Of a stretch of 24,853 nt of DNA, positions 15,421 to 23,067 are shown piece by piece. The stretch is from a virus. Its lineage: Duplodnaviria; Caudoviricetes. The notes beneath the pieces were generated by a model that was not told the DNA's origin, searched no databases, and saw only the letters and a list, made by a program, of their open reading frames with translations. The position numbers were made by a program, and so were the translations under genes. Where the stretch lies: the IMG/VR virus record IMGVR_UViG_3300048058_000016, positions 1 through 24,853 of that record, one strand, 5' to 3'. Position 1 is the first letter of the stretch; each line of letters starts with the position of its first letter.

Positions 15421-15562
15421 TGCGCCTGCACTCCAGTTCGGCATCGATCATGGCGATGTGGCCGGCGATCATCTCGCGGGTCATCTCGTCGCGCGACCGC
15501 ATCGACTCCATCACGTTGGCGCGGCGCTCGGCGAGCAGGTCTTGCGTGGTCCGGTTCGTCAT
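15413..15562 (-). CDS. Small hypothetical protein (49 aa)
   Basis: Not in ORF track; MTNRTTQDLLAERRANVMESMRSRDEMTREMIAGHIAMIDAELECRRNA. Confidence 0.65.
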   Translation of the reverse strand: MTNRTTQDLLAERRANVMESMRSRDEMTREMIAGHIAMIDAELECRRNA

Positions 15563-15565
15563 GGC

Positions 15566-15739
15566 CTAGCGCCGCCCTTCCTGATTCGTCGGTGCGTCGA
15601 TCTGCATGAGATCCCAGCCGTCGAAGTAGACCGGCTTGCGCCAGTTCACTGCGTTGAGGCTGGTGAGCAGCTGTGTTTCCTCGGGGCAAGTGGCTGCGGC
15701 GAAGTTGGGGCGCATGGGGTGGTCGGTCTTGGTCGTCAT
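15566..15739 (-). CDS. Small hypothetical protein (57 aa)
   Basis: Not in ORF track; MTTKTDHPMRPNFAAATCPEETQLLTSLNAVNWRKPVYFDGWDLMQIDAPTNQEGRR; SD GAGGGG. Confidence 0.65.
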   Translation of the reverse strand: MTTKTDHPMRPNFAAATCPEETQLLTSLNAVNWRKPVYFDGWDLMQIDAPTNQEGRR

Positions 15740-15741
15740 GA

Positions 15742-15915
15742 CTAGTAGTCCCCTCGGTCAAAGTCGCGGTGCTCGACCGGCTCTGCCCACTCGATCTCGG
15801 GTTGGTCGACCCGCTCGTTCAGGTCGGGGCGGTCGTCGTCGTTCGGCAGCCAGGGGCGGAAGTCGTCGGACTTGTCCAGGTCGATGGGGGCGGTCGGGGT
15901 CTTGCGGTTCGTCAT
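15742..15915 (-). CDS. Small acidic protein (57 aa), first gene of the leftward arm
   Basis: Not in ORF track; MTNRKTPTAPIDLDKSDDFRPWLPNDDDRPDLNERVDQPEIEWAEPVEHRDFDRGDY. Confidence 0.65.
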   Translation of the reverse strand: MTNRKTPTAPIDLDKSDDFRPWLPNDDDRPDLNERVDQPEIEWAEPVEHRDFDRGDY

Positions 15916-15924
15916 GGCCTATAC

Positions 15925-15953
15925 ATAATGCGGCAGTTTGCGGCGGGTGTCAA
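15925..15953 (-). promoter_or_regulatory. Leftward sigma70-type promoter
   Basis: TTGACA (15953-15948), 17-bp spacer, CATTAT (15930-15925); 9 nt upstream of ATG 15915. Confidence 0.8.
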
Positions 15954-15960
15954 CTTTATA

Positions 15961-15989
15961 TTGCAGGCCGGAGCATTTTGTTATACCGT
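15961..15989 (+). promoter_or_regulatory. Rightward sigma70-type promoter, probably leaderless
   Basis: TTGCAG (15961-15966), 17-bp spacer, TACCGT (15984-15989), ATG 6 nt later at 15996. Confidence 0.6.
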
Positions 15990-15995
15990 ACCTAC

Positions 15996-16163
15996 ATGGC
16001 CGAAGAGGAAAGTTCCTTTATCAACGTGCGTATACCGCGCGACCTTCGCGGTCGCATCGACACGGCTCGTGAGATGCTCGGGCAATCCCTGACCACATGG
16101 GTCGAACGGGCGCTGCAAAGCGTCCTGGAGCAGCAGGAGAGCGAGCAGGACGGCGCTGCATGA
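15996..16163 (+). CDS. Ribbon-helix-helix (Arc/CopG-like) regulator
   Basis: 55 aa; FINVRIPRDLRGRIDTAREMLGQSLTTWVERAL is a classic RHH pattern. Confidence 0.8.
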   Translation: MAEEESSFINVRIPRDLRGRIDTAREMLGQSLTTWVERALQSVLEQQESEQDGAA

Positions 16164-16324
16164 GCAGCCTCGAACGCCTACTCGTGCGCCTACGCACCCA
16201 CATCGATGACCCTCGGGCCGAGGTGCTGGACCCGGCTGTGGTGCAGTTCGCGAGTGCCGTCGCCGAGGAGATCGACCGGCTGGAGCGGGAGATCGACCGA
16301 CTCCGCTCGGATCTGATGGGATGA
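16160..16324 (+). CDS. Small coiled-coil protein
   Basis: ATG 16160 (MSSLERLL), ATGA-coupled both sides; EIDRL repeated. Confidence 0.7.
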   Translation: MSSLERLLVRLRTHIDDPRAEVLDPAVVQFASAVAEEIDRLEREIDRLRSDLMG

Positions 16325-17637
16325 TCACGCTCCGCCCGTACCAAGCCCCGGTCCCGGACCGGCTCCGTGCGCGATACCGCGCCGGTGCGCACCGGCTCCT
16401 ACTCGTCGCACCTACGGGCAGCGGCAAGACGGTGATGGCAGGCAGTCTCGTGCTGAGCGCTTTGGAGAAAGGCTCCAGAGTCCTGTTCGTTGCGCACCGG
16501 CACGAGCTGCTCGAGCAGCCGCGCAAGCTGCTGAAGTCGTGCGGGCTGCGGGTCGGCACGATCAAGGCCGGGATCCGACCCGACCCCGAGGCCCCGGTGC
16601 AGGTCGTCTCGATCCAGACCATGGCCCGGCGAGGAGATCTCCCCCCGGCAGATCTCGTCATCGTCGATGAGGCGCACCGCGCCGTGACCGCGAGCTACGC
16701 GCACCTGCGGCATTACCCGGCCTGGCTCGGTCTCACGGCCACGCCGTGGCGGCTCGATGGTCAGGGGCTCGCCGGCACGTTCGACGAAATGATCGAAGTG
16801 GCACGCCCATCCGAACTCGTGCGCGACGGTTGGATCCTGGATCCGCGCGTGTTCGCTCCGGGCGGTCCGCCACTACCCGCGCAGTCCCGCGACTACACGC
16901 GACGCCAGCTCGAGTCCGCGATGGACCACGGCGATCTCATCGGCGACGTGGTGTCGCACTGGAAACGGCACGCAGCGGGACGGCCCACAGTGTGCTTCGC
17001 CTCGACGGTGCGGCATAGCTTGCACCTGCGCGATCGGTTTCGGGCCGAAGGGATCGACGCTGTGCACGTCGACGGAAAGACACCGATGGACGAGCGCGAT
17101 TCGATGCGGGGCCACACCATCATCTGCAACGTCGACATCATCACGGAAGGTTTCGATCTGCCCGCGCTCAGCTGCGCTGTCATGGCTCGGCCCACGACCA
17201 GCCTGACGAAACACCTGCAGATGTGCGGCCGGATCGTCCGGCCCGATACGGGGAAAAATGACTGCATTGTTCTGGATCATGCTGGCAATTCTCTTCGTCA
17301 TGGCCTGCCTTGCGACGATCACGATTGGAGCTTGGGCGGTCGCGAGAAGCGTGGGCGCGTCGATGCTGTTCGGGTTTGCTCGTACTGCTTCGCCGCGAAC
17401 CCGCCCGGCAAGAAAAACTGTGTGGAGTGTGGCGAGCCGTTCCCGATCCAGCCGGATCAGCGACGGCTCAAGCGGGAGCGTCGGGGCGAGTTGCAGGAGC
17501 GTCGTCGGGCCGAACCGGTCATGCGGAAGCGGCTTGCATTCAAACAACTGCTGCTGATCGCGGAGCAGCGTGGGCACCATCCCGGGTGGGCTCGGCATGT
17601 GTTTCGCGGGAGGTATGGGGAGGAGCCGCCGCGATGA
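16321..17637 (+). CDS. SF2 DEAD/DEAH-box helicase (RadD/YejH-like) with C-terminal zinc finger
   Basis: LRPYQ, APTGSGKT, DEAH, GLTATP, EGFDLP, QMCGRIVR, DHAGN, CSYC..CVEC. Confidence 0.95.
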   Translation: MITLRPYQAPVPDRLRARYRAGAHRLLLVAPTGSGKTVMAGSLVLSALEKGSRVLFVAHRHELLEQPRKLLKSCGLRVGTIKAGIRPDPEAPVQVVSIQTMARRGDLPPADLVIVDEAHRAVTASYAHLRHYPAWLGLTATPWRLDGQGLAGTFDEMIEVARPSELVRDGWILDPRVFAPGGPPLPAQSRDYTRRQLESAMDHGDLIGDVVSHWKRHAAGRPTVCFASTVRHSLHLRDRFRAEGIDAVHVDGKTPMDERDSMRGHTIICNVDIITEGFDLPALSCAVMARPTTSLTKHLQMCGRIVRPDTGKNDCIVLDHAGNSLRHGLPCDDHDWSLGGREKRGRVDAVRVCSYCFAANPPGKKNCVECGEPFPIQPDQRRLKRERRGELQERRRAEPVMRKRLAFKQLLLIAEQRGHHPGWARHVFRGRYGEEPPR

Positions 17638-17987
17638 GCGAACAAAAGGACTGGACCCACGGAAGCACACCCTACAGCGAGGATGCTGCGCTGGCTGAAA
17701 TGCGACGGCTTGCAACGGAACGCGACGAAGCCCGCGCCGCCACCAAAGCCCTGGTCAAGTATGGTGATGCGGCGGATGCCGAGTCCGACCGATGGCGCAA
17801 GTTGGCGGAGCAGCTGGCAAGGCACGTGGGGAAACGGACTTGTAATAGGTGCAACGGCATGGGCGCATTGATGATGATGGGCCAGTGGACCGGAAAATGC
17901 CCTGACTGTAACGGGGCCGGCCTCAGTCCAGAGGCGCGTACCGCCCTCGCCGACTTCGATCGGGCTGTGGAGGATTCGACACGATGA
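17634..17987 (+). CDS. Hypothetical protein with DnaJ-type CxxCxGxG zinc finger
   Basis: ATG 17634 with GGAGG SD; CNRCNGMG...CPDCNGAG. Confidence 0.7.
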   Translation: MSEQKDWTHGSTPYSEDAALAEMRRLATERDEARAATKALVKYGDAADAESDRWRKLAEQLARHVGKRTCNRCNGMGALMMMGQWTGKCPDCNGAGLSPEARTALADFDRAVEDSTR

Positions 17988-18163
17988 TCGACGAACGACG
18001 CGGCGGCCAGTGTCCGGTCAAAACGATCACGGGAATCGACGATGAGCCCGACATGCAGCACACCGGCTGGCGTCGGATCATGATCGGCGGTGTCGATACA
18101 TTCTTCACCGTTTGTGAAAAGTGCAAGGCGCTGTTCGTGGCAGATGGGGGCTGGGAGCCATGA
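17984..18163 (+). CDS. Small hypothetical protein (59 aa, CxxC)
   Basis: Not in ORF track; MIDERRGGQCPVK...VCEKCKALFVADGGWEP; ATGA-coupled both sides. Confidence 0.65.
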   Translation: MIDERRGGQCPVKTITGIDDEPDMQHTGWRRIMIGGVDTFFTVCEKCKALFVADGGWEP

Positions 18164-18996
18164 GAATCGAAACCGGACCAGGCTGGGAGTTGCGCTGCGG
18201 GGATTGTCTCGATTCTGAGACCGGGCTCGCGTCGCTCGATGCGGTCGACCACGTGATCACCGATCCGCCATACAGTAAAGATCTGTACGCGCGAACCCGG
18301 ACCACTGCTGGTGACGTTGGCGGCGTCATCATTCAGCGAGGATCGTGCAGTACAAATATGGAGGCTGCCGTTGCGCTGGCTTCGGGTCGCATCGGCTCCG
18401 TCGACGACATGATCGAACCGCTCGCGGCGCAATGGGCACGAATCGTCAGGCGGTGGGTGCTCGTGTTTCACTGTGACGATTTGCTCGTGCCGTGGCGCGT
18501 GGCGCTAATGGATGCCGGGCTGAGTCGTCGAAGGAATTGCGTCTGGCTCAAACCCGATCCGATGCCACAACTCAGCGGTGATCGGCCTGCGCAGGATGTT
18601 GAGCACCTGACGATGTTTCATGCCAAAGGCCGCAGCGTATGGCGCGGTGGAGGTAGGGGCGGATCGGTCGTGCATCCACGCTGCAAGGGTAAGGAGCGCC
18701 CCGACCATCCGAGCCCGAAGCCGATCGGTGTGATGACGCACTACGTGGATTTGTTCACCGATCACAACGAACTCATCTGCGACCCATTCGCCGGATCCGG
18801 CACAACCGGTGTCGCAGCGCTTCGGAACGGACGTCGCTTCATCGGCTGGGAACGGGACGAAAAGTTTTTTGACGTCGCAGTGAAGCGACTTAGATCGACG
18901 CGCGAGCAAACGCAGCTCTTCGACGCAATCCAGCGATACAAACCCAAGCAAGTCGGCCTGTTCGATTTGGTCGATGACGGATCGAAAAAGTCATGA
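18160..18996 (+). CDS. Orphan DNA methyltransferase, N6A/N4C beta class
   Basis: ATG 18160; GDCL, ITDPPY (motif IV) before HPSPKP and DPFAGSGTTG (motif I). Confidence 0.93.
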   Translation: MRIETGPGWELRCGDCLDSETGLASLDAVDHVITDPPYSKDLYARTRTTAGDVGGVIIQRGSCSTNMEAAVALASGRIGSVDDMIEPLAAQWARIVRRWVLVFHCDDLLVPWRVALMDAGLSRRRNCVWLKPDPMPQLSGDRPAQDVEHLTMFHAKGRSVWRGGGRGGSVVHPRCKGKERPDHPSPKPIGVMTHYVDLFTDHNELICDPFAGSGTTGVAALRNGRRFIGWERDEKFFDVAVKRLRSTREQTQLFDAIQRYKPKQVGLFDLVDDGSKKS

Positions 18997-19376
18997 CGAA
19001 GAAAAAAGCACCGCCCCGCCCCGAGGAGTTAGATGACGTCCCGAACCTGGCGCCGAAGTCTGGATCGGCTCGCATCGTCAAGACTGAAACTTTTCCGCAC
19101 CAGCCACCGTCGGAGCCGCGCAACGACTGGACGCCGGAAGACGGCGGCTATCGAGATGGCCGATATTACGGACCACAGAACCCAGGCGGCGGTCACTATC
19201 CAGCAGCGAATGGTGCGACGCATGAGGACGATTTTCGGATCTGTCCGAAATGTGGGATGCAGAGAACGTTTCAGATCCCGCCGGAATGGGGCGAGGACTA
19301 CTGCAAGGAAAAGGATGGGACGTATCTGTGCAACGGCTGCAGTGGTCGCAATCTGATGCGGGCGGGGCAAATGTGA
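18993..19376 (+). CDS. Hypothetical protein with C-terminal zinc ribbon
   Basis: ATGA-coupled; CPKC...CNGC. Confidence 0.7.
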   Translation: MTKKKAPPRPEELDDVPNLAPKSGSARIVKTETFPHQPPSEPRNDWTPEDGGYRDGRYYGPQNPGGGHYPAANGATHEDDFRICPKCGMQRTFQIPPEWGEDYCKEKDGTYLCNGCSGRNLMRAGQM

Positions 19377-19382
19377 ACTGTT

Positions 19383-19683
19383 GCGGCCCAGCAGAGGGGA
19401 CGCCGGAGTGATGTACGTCAGATTGCCCCACGATGAAACGGACGAGCGGAAGCGGTATTCAATGCCTGACGTCGACGAACTGCACGACGCCTACATCCGC
19501 CTGTACCGGGCCGTCTGGTACGACCACGAAGGCGCGCCCGACATTGAGGACATCAAGCGCGTGCTGATGCTGGCGAATGGATACGTCAGCCTGACCACCT
19601 ACGAGTTGGGGCAGGAGTGCTGCGTGGGGAAACTCCGAGACATCTGGAGAGCCCGACGACACCGCGGCCCAGCAGAGGGGACG
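19383..19683 (+). repeat. 20-bp exact direct repeat flanking one gene
   Basis: GCGGCCCAGCAGAGGGGACG at 19383-19402 and 19664-19683. Confidence 0.9.
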
Positions 19684-19695
19684 GACACCGAATGA
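19411..19695 (+). CDS. Hypothetical protein
   Basis: ATG 19411 (or GTG 19408) downstream of GAGGGG; MYVRLPHDE... Confidence 0.7.
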   Translation: MYVRLPHDETDERKRYSMPDVDELHDAYIRLYRAVWYDHEGAPDIEDIKRVLMLANGYVSLTTYELGQECCVGKLRDIWRARRHRGPAEGTDTE

Positions 19696-20060
19696 GCGAA
19701 CGTGACCCACACGGAATGGAAGCGGCGCTAGCCGACCAACTGGACGCACGGCAGGCCGACGTGGTGAAGGCCACGCCGGAGCAGGCGCGCGAGGGAATGG
19801 AGAAGCTACTGCGCGAGAAGTTCGGCGACGCCAAGCTGCTAGCCGAACTCGCCGCAGCCAAGGCCCGCATCTCCGAACTAGAAGGGGCGCTGGCGAAGGC
19901 GTGGAGCATGTTCGAGGACGCCGGGGTCATGCGCGAGCCTGACGGGCGCACCGGAAACGAAGCGCTCGACAATCTCGGCAGTCACCTCGACGAGTGGGCG
20001 ATGCGCTCGGCTGCCACCACCCTAGACACACCGGACACCGAGGGAGGCGAGAATGCGTAA
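19692..20060 (+). CDS. Hypothetical coiled-coil protein
   Basis: ATG 19692, ATGA-coupled; ends DTPDTEGGENA. Confidence 0.7.
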   Translation: MSERDPHGMEAALADQLDARQADVVKATPEQAREGMEKLLREKFGDAKLLAELAAAKARISELEGALAKAWSMFEDAGVMREPDGRTGNEALDNLGSHLDEWAMRSAATTLDTPDTEGGENA

Positions 20061-20190
20061 GCGACCGTGGTTCCTGAAGGGGAGGCGTCACCCAGAGTGG
20101 GAGCGCGTTCTGTCCGTTGACATCCACAGCGTGAGCATCGCCTGGGATAAGGACGGCGAGCCCAACGACACACCGGACACCGAGGGAGGC
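20025..20190 (+). repeat. 24-bp exact direct repeat containing an SD
   Basis: GACACACCGGACACCGAGGGAGGC at 20025-20048 and 20167-20190; core CACACCGGACACC also at 20457-20469 and 21804-21816. Confidence 0.9.
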
Positions 20191-20193
20191 TGA
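20053..20193 (+). CDS. Small hypothetical protein (46 aa)
   Basis: Not in ORF track; MRKRPWFLKGRRHPEWERVLSVDIHSVSIAWDKDGEPNDTPDTEGG; SD GGAGG. Confidence 0.65.
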   Translation: MRKRPWFLKGRRHPEWERVLSVDIHSVSIAWDKDGEPNDTPDTEGG

Positions 20194-20490
20194 ATGAGAG
20201 TTGTAAGCCAGGGGAACATCGACACGTCTGGAATCAAGCGCTGCTACCTACCGGGGCTCGTGGTGGAGTCGGACTGCCCGGCCTGCGGGCGCACCTGCCA
20301 GCGCGAGTACACCACCAACTATCTCGACTACCCCGAGAACGGCCAAGAGATGACGGTCTACTTCTACTGTGGGGACGACTGCCCCGGCGACCCGGAGTTT
20401 GGCGAGACCGAGTGGGAGGAGACGGCGGTGTTCCGGTGCAGCGCGACACTTGAGCCCACACCGGACACCACAGGGGGCGGGGATGGCTGA
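20194..20490 (+). CDS. Acidic Cys-rich (zinc-binding) hypothetical protein
   Basis: 98 aa; CPAC...CGDDC; ends TPDTTGGGDG. Confidence 0.75.
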   Translation: MRVVSQGNIDTSGIKRCYLPGLVVESDCPACGRTCQREYTTNYLDYPENGQEMTVYFYCGDDCPGDPEFGETEWEETAVFRCSATLEPTPDTTGGGDG

Positions 20491-20836
20491 CGCGGCACTA
20501 TTGTTGTGGAACGCAGTTCCGACCGACGAAGACTTCGAAGCCGCGCGCAAGTGGGTAGACCAAGACCCTGCGGCCGAGAGTCTCAATCATGGAGAGCGCG
20601 AGGCGGCCTCCGTCGCAGCGGCGCACGGACTCGCCGCCGCCCGCACCCGAGCCACCCAAGCAGAAGAGGAGCGGGACGCGCTGGAGAAAATGGCGGGGCG
20701 ACTGGCGGAGGCGCTACGCGACGCGTTGACGCCGGACCACACACTGAGGAAGCAGGACGAGAGACGTGCCGCCCTCGACGCCTACGACCGCATGCGTAAG
20801 GGGGCCCCCACCACACGAGAGGACGCAGACGAATGA
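20483..20836 (+). CDS. Hypothetical coiled-coil protein
   Basis: ATG 20483 (MADAALLLW); ends TTREDADE. Confidence 0.7.
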   Translation: MADAALLLWNAVPTDEDFEAARKWVDQDPAAESLNHGEREAASVAAAHGLAAARTRATQAEEERDALEKMAGRLAEALRDALTPDHTLRKQDERRAALDAYDRMRKGAPTTREDADE

Positions 20837-21031
20837 AACTTCCGCAAGGATGGAAGTGGGGCCCGCCCGAGAACCCGCTGTTCGCCGAGCGTATCGGGGG
20901 AACTGACGCCGCCAACCTGACAGACGACGGCGAGTTGACCTGGAACGGCCGCGTACCAGACGGGGTGCGCCAGGCCGTCACCGCAAAGGCGAAGAGACTC
21001 GGCCGCCATGTTCGGGCCACACGAGAGGACG
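20811..21031 (+). repeat. 15-bp exact direct repeat flanking one gene
   Basis: CCACACGAGAGGACG at 20811-20825 and 21017-21031. Confidence 0.85.
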
Positions 21032-21045
21032 GGACGAGCGAGTGA
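20833..21045 (+). CDS. Hypothetical protein
   Basis: 70 aa, coupled both sides; ends ATREDGTSE. Confidence 0.7.
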   Translation: MKLPQGWKWGPPENPLFAERIGGTDAANLTDDGELTWNGRVPDGVRQAVTAKAKRLGRHVRATREDGTSE

Positions 21046-21473
21046 GTGACGAGACCAAGCCACTGTGCCACCGCCACAACCTGTCCGGATGCGCCGTGTG
21101 CGTGTCGGCCGACGAGACCAAGACCGACCACGAGGCGGCGGGGAGACTGGCGGCCGAGATGGCGACCCGCGGAACGGGCACACCCGGAATAGTCAACCTC
21201 GCCCGCTGCTACCGCCAAGCCTGTAAGGAGCGGGACGAACTACGGCGCAGGCTGAAACAGGCGCGAGACCTGTACAACGAAGAAGACAAGCGCTCGGGAC
21301 GCTACCGGGCCCAACACGACACCCTACGGGAGGAGCGGGACGCGCAGCGTGCCCGAGCCGAGCGGCTCACCCAGCTACTACGCGAGCACCATGCCTGCGG
21401 CGGCACATCGGGCGGACAGGTCGTCTGCGAGGTTTGTGTCGCCGTTGGGGCCCCGGAGGTCTCGAAAGTTTGA
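21042..21473 (+). CDS. Coiled-coil protein with Cys/His clusters at both ends
   Basis: 143 aa; CHRH..CAVC and HHAC..CEVC flanking heptad repeats. Confidence 0.7.
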   Translation: MSDETKPLCHRHNLSGCAVCVSADETKTDHEAAGRLAAEMATRGTGTPGIVNLARCYRQACKERDELRRRLKQARDLYNEEDKRSGRYRAQHDTLREERDAQRARAERLTQLLREHHACGGTSGGQVVCEVCVAVGAPEVSKV

Positions 21474-21805
21474 CGAAACGATCCATGGGCGATGAACTCA
21501 GCCAGCGTCGGCGGTTTCAGGCCGCTTTGGATTATGCGGCTGTCGAGCACCCTGACGAGGAGCCGTCGGCGTGCGACAGGACCATCCGGCACCACGTCGC
21601 GGGCCAGGTCCACGGGGAGCCGGTCGGTGCAGGGCGGGAGCGGGAGCGGATTCTAAAGGCGTTGCGCGTGTTGGAGTTCGACTCGCATCAGTTTAGCACG
21701 CGCGGCTGCAAGACGTGCCGGCACGTGTCCGATGTGCTGGGCACTTCGTTCGGTTGCGTGGCGCTGGCCGAGGGGGAGGCCCCAAAAAGGTGACGAAACG
21801 ATCCA
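21471..21805 (+). repeat. 15-bp exact direct repeat starting at stop codons
   Basis: TGACGAAACGATCCA at 21471-21485 and 21791-21805. Confidence 0.85.
21485..21793 (+). CDS. Hypothetical protein (H...CxxC...C)
   Basis: ATG 21485 (MGDELSQRR); DSHQFSTRGCKTC...FGC. Confidence 0.65.
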   Translation: MGDELSQRRRFQAALDYAAVEHPDEEPSACDRTIRHHVAGQVHGEPVGAGRERERILKALRVLEFDSHQFSTRGCKTCRHVSDVLGTSFGCVALAEGEAPKR

Positions 21806-21818
21806 CACCGGACACCCC

Positions 21819-21992
21819 ATGAAACTCTCCCCCGGCGACATCGTCACGATCAACGGCGAGCGCGTCACCGTGATCCGCCGCCGCTACGAATCGAACACAT
21901 GGAACGGCCGGCCCTGTCTGTGCCTGGTCGTTGCAGACAAGTCGCAGCAGGAGTATGAGTACCGGATCGAAGTCGAGTCTACGACGCCATGA
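21819..21992 (+). CDS. Small SH3/KOW-like protein, last gene of the rightward arm
   Basis: ATG 21819; MKLSPGDIVTINGERVTVIR pattern. Confidence 0.6.
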   Translation: MKLSPGDIVTINGERVTVIRRRYESNTWNGRPCLCLVVADKSQQEYEYRIEVESTTP

Positions 21993-22494
21993 GAATGCGC
22001 CGGGTCTCGCGTTCGTACTGCTTGCGGCGGATCGACTTGAGCCGATACGAGGTACGCAGCTTGGCCACGCGATGATTGACCGCAGCCCTGATCGTCTTGT
22101 CACTGGCACCCATCGCTCGCATCGTTCGAATGGTCTCGCGGTACGCCGCGGTCTCGAGTGCCCAGCGGTAACGAGTACGCAGCCAGCGCGCAACAAATCG
22201 GGCATGCCCCAATCTTCGCCGCTGCCTGATATGAACTAGCTCATGCATCAGCACTCGAGCTTTCTTCGCGGTCGAATACTTGGGCCAACCCGCTTGTAGC
22301 CAGACGGTACGACGCAGTGTCGTCGCCCACTTCCAACCGCCCTTGAGGAGACCGGGCTTCGGTTGGAGTCGCCAGCCCATATAGATGATCAGCGCGGTTG
22401 CAACCTTCACGATTGCTGATGCATTGCTCGGGATTTTGTCGGCGAGATCGGAGCGGCGCCGCGCCTCGCGAATGTGTCTGCGCTTGAGTCTCAT
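21979..22494 (-). CDS. Basic HExxH zincin-like metallopeptidase
   Basis: ATTLRRTVWL...VLMHELVHIRQ...ALETAAY (HExxH plus distal Glu). Confidence 0.75.
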   Translation of the reverse strand: MRLKRRHIREARRRSDLADKIPSNASAIVKVATALIIYMGWRLQPKPGLLKGGWKWATTLRRTVWLQAGWPKYSTAKKARVLMHELVHIRQRRRLGHARFVARWLRTRYRWALETAAYRETIRTMRAMGASDKTIRAAVNHRVAKLRTSYRLKSIRRKQYERETRRILMAS

Positions 22495-23036
22495 TGCTTC
22501 TCACCCAGGGGATCATCCGGATCGATGCCGACCGACTTCTGCAGAGTCTTATACTTCTCAGACTTTTTAGGCGGGCTGCTACCACGTCGACGCAGCAGCT
22601 GCTCGACCATGACTTCGGTTCGGACCGTACGGGCTCGGGTCGCCTGGTTCTCGACGCGCTGCTCGTCGACGTGCTCATCTAGCGACGAGTCGACCTCGCC
22701 GATCGAATCGTCAAGTCTGTTGATCTCGGAGTCGACATGATCCACACGCTCGGCAGCTTGTTCGACTTTGGCATCGGCCGCGATCTCACTGCGCACCCTA
22801 TGCTCGACGCGTGACGTGTACCAACCGAACCCGGCAGCGACGATGGTAGCTGCTCCAACAACGAGCTTGAGATAGTTGCCGGTCCGCTTCGCTTTGTCGC
22901 TCCACTTGTCGGCCTCGGTCTGGGCGTTGTACTGGCCCTTGAGCGCGTCGGCGATCCCGGATCCGAAGTCGCCGGTTTCTTGCCGGTCTTCCCTGATCGC
23001 GGTTTTGAATGCTGCAACTAGATCGTCTTGAGTCAT
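22491..23036 (-). CDS. Single-pass membrane protein with coiled coil (holin/spanin-like position)
   Basis: TM segment YLKLVVGAATIVAAGFGWY then heptad-rich region; directly after the tail fibre. Confidence 0.65.
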   Translation of the reverse strand: MTQDDLVAAFKTAIREDRQETGDFGSGIADALKGQYNAQTEADKWSDKAKRTGNYLKLVVGAATIVAAGFGWYTSRVEHRVRSEIAADAKVEQAAERVDHVDSEINRLDDSIGEVDSSLDEHVDEQRVENQATRARTVRTEVMVEQLLRRRGSSPPKKSEKYKTLQKSVGIDPDDPLGEKQ

Positions 23037-23067
23037 GTAGCTTTGTCCGTTACCTCGCCCGTCCCAG

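Noticed and set aside
18160-18996. Restriction-modification system
   Set aside because: No adjacent endonuclease; orphan methyltransferases are common in phages; specificity cannot be read from sequence
20117-20122. Perfect TTGACA inside the 46-aa ORF
   Set aside because: No -10 element at 16-18 bp spacing
19383-21816. Repeats as a CRISPR array or integron attC sites
   Set aside because: Repeat sequences differ between pairs, spacing is gene-sized and irregular, they are not palindromic, and there is no cas or intI gene
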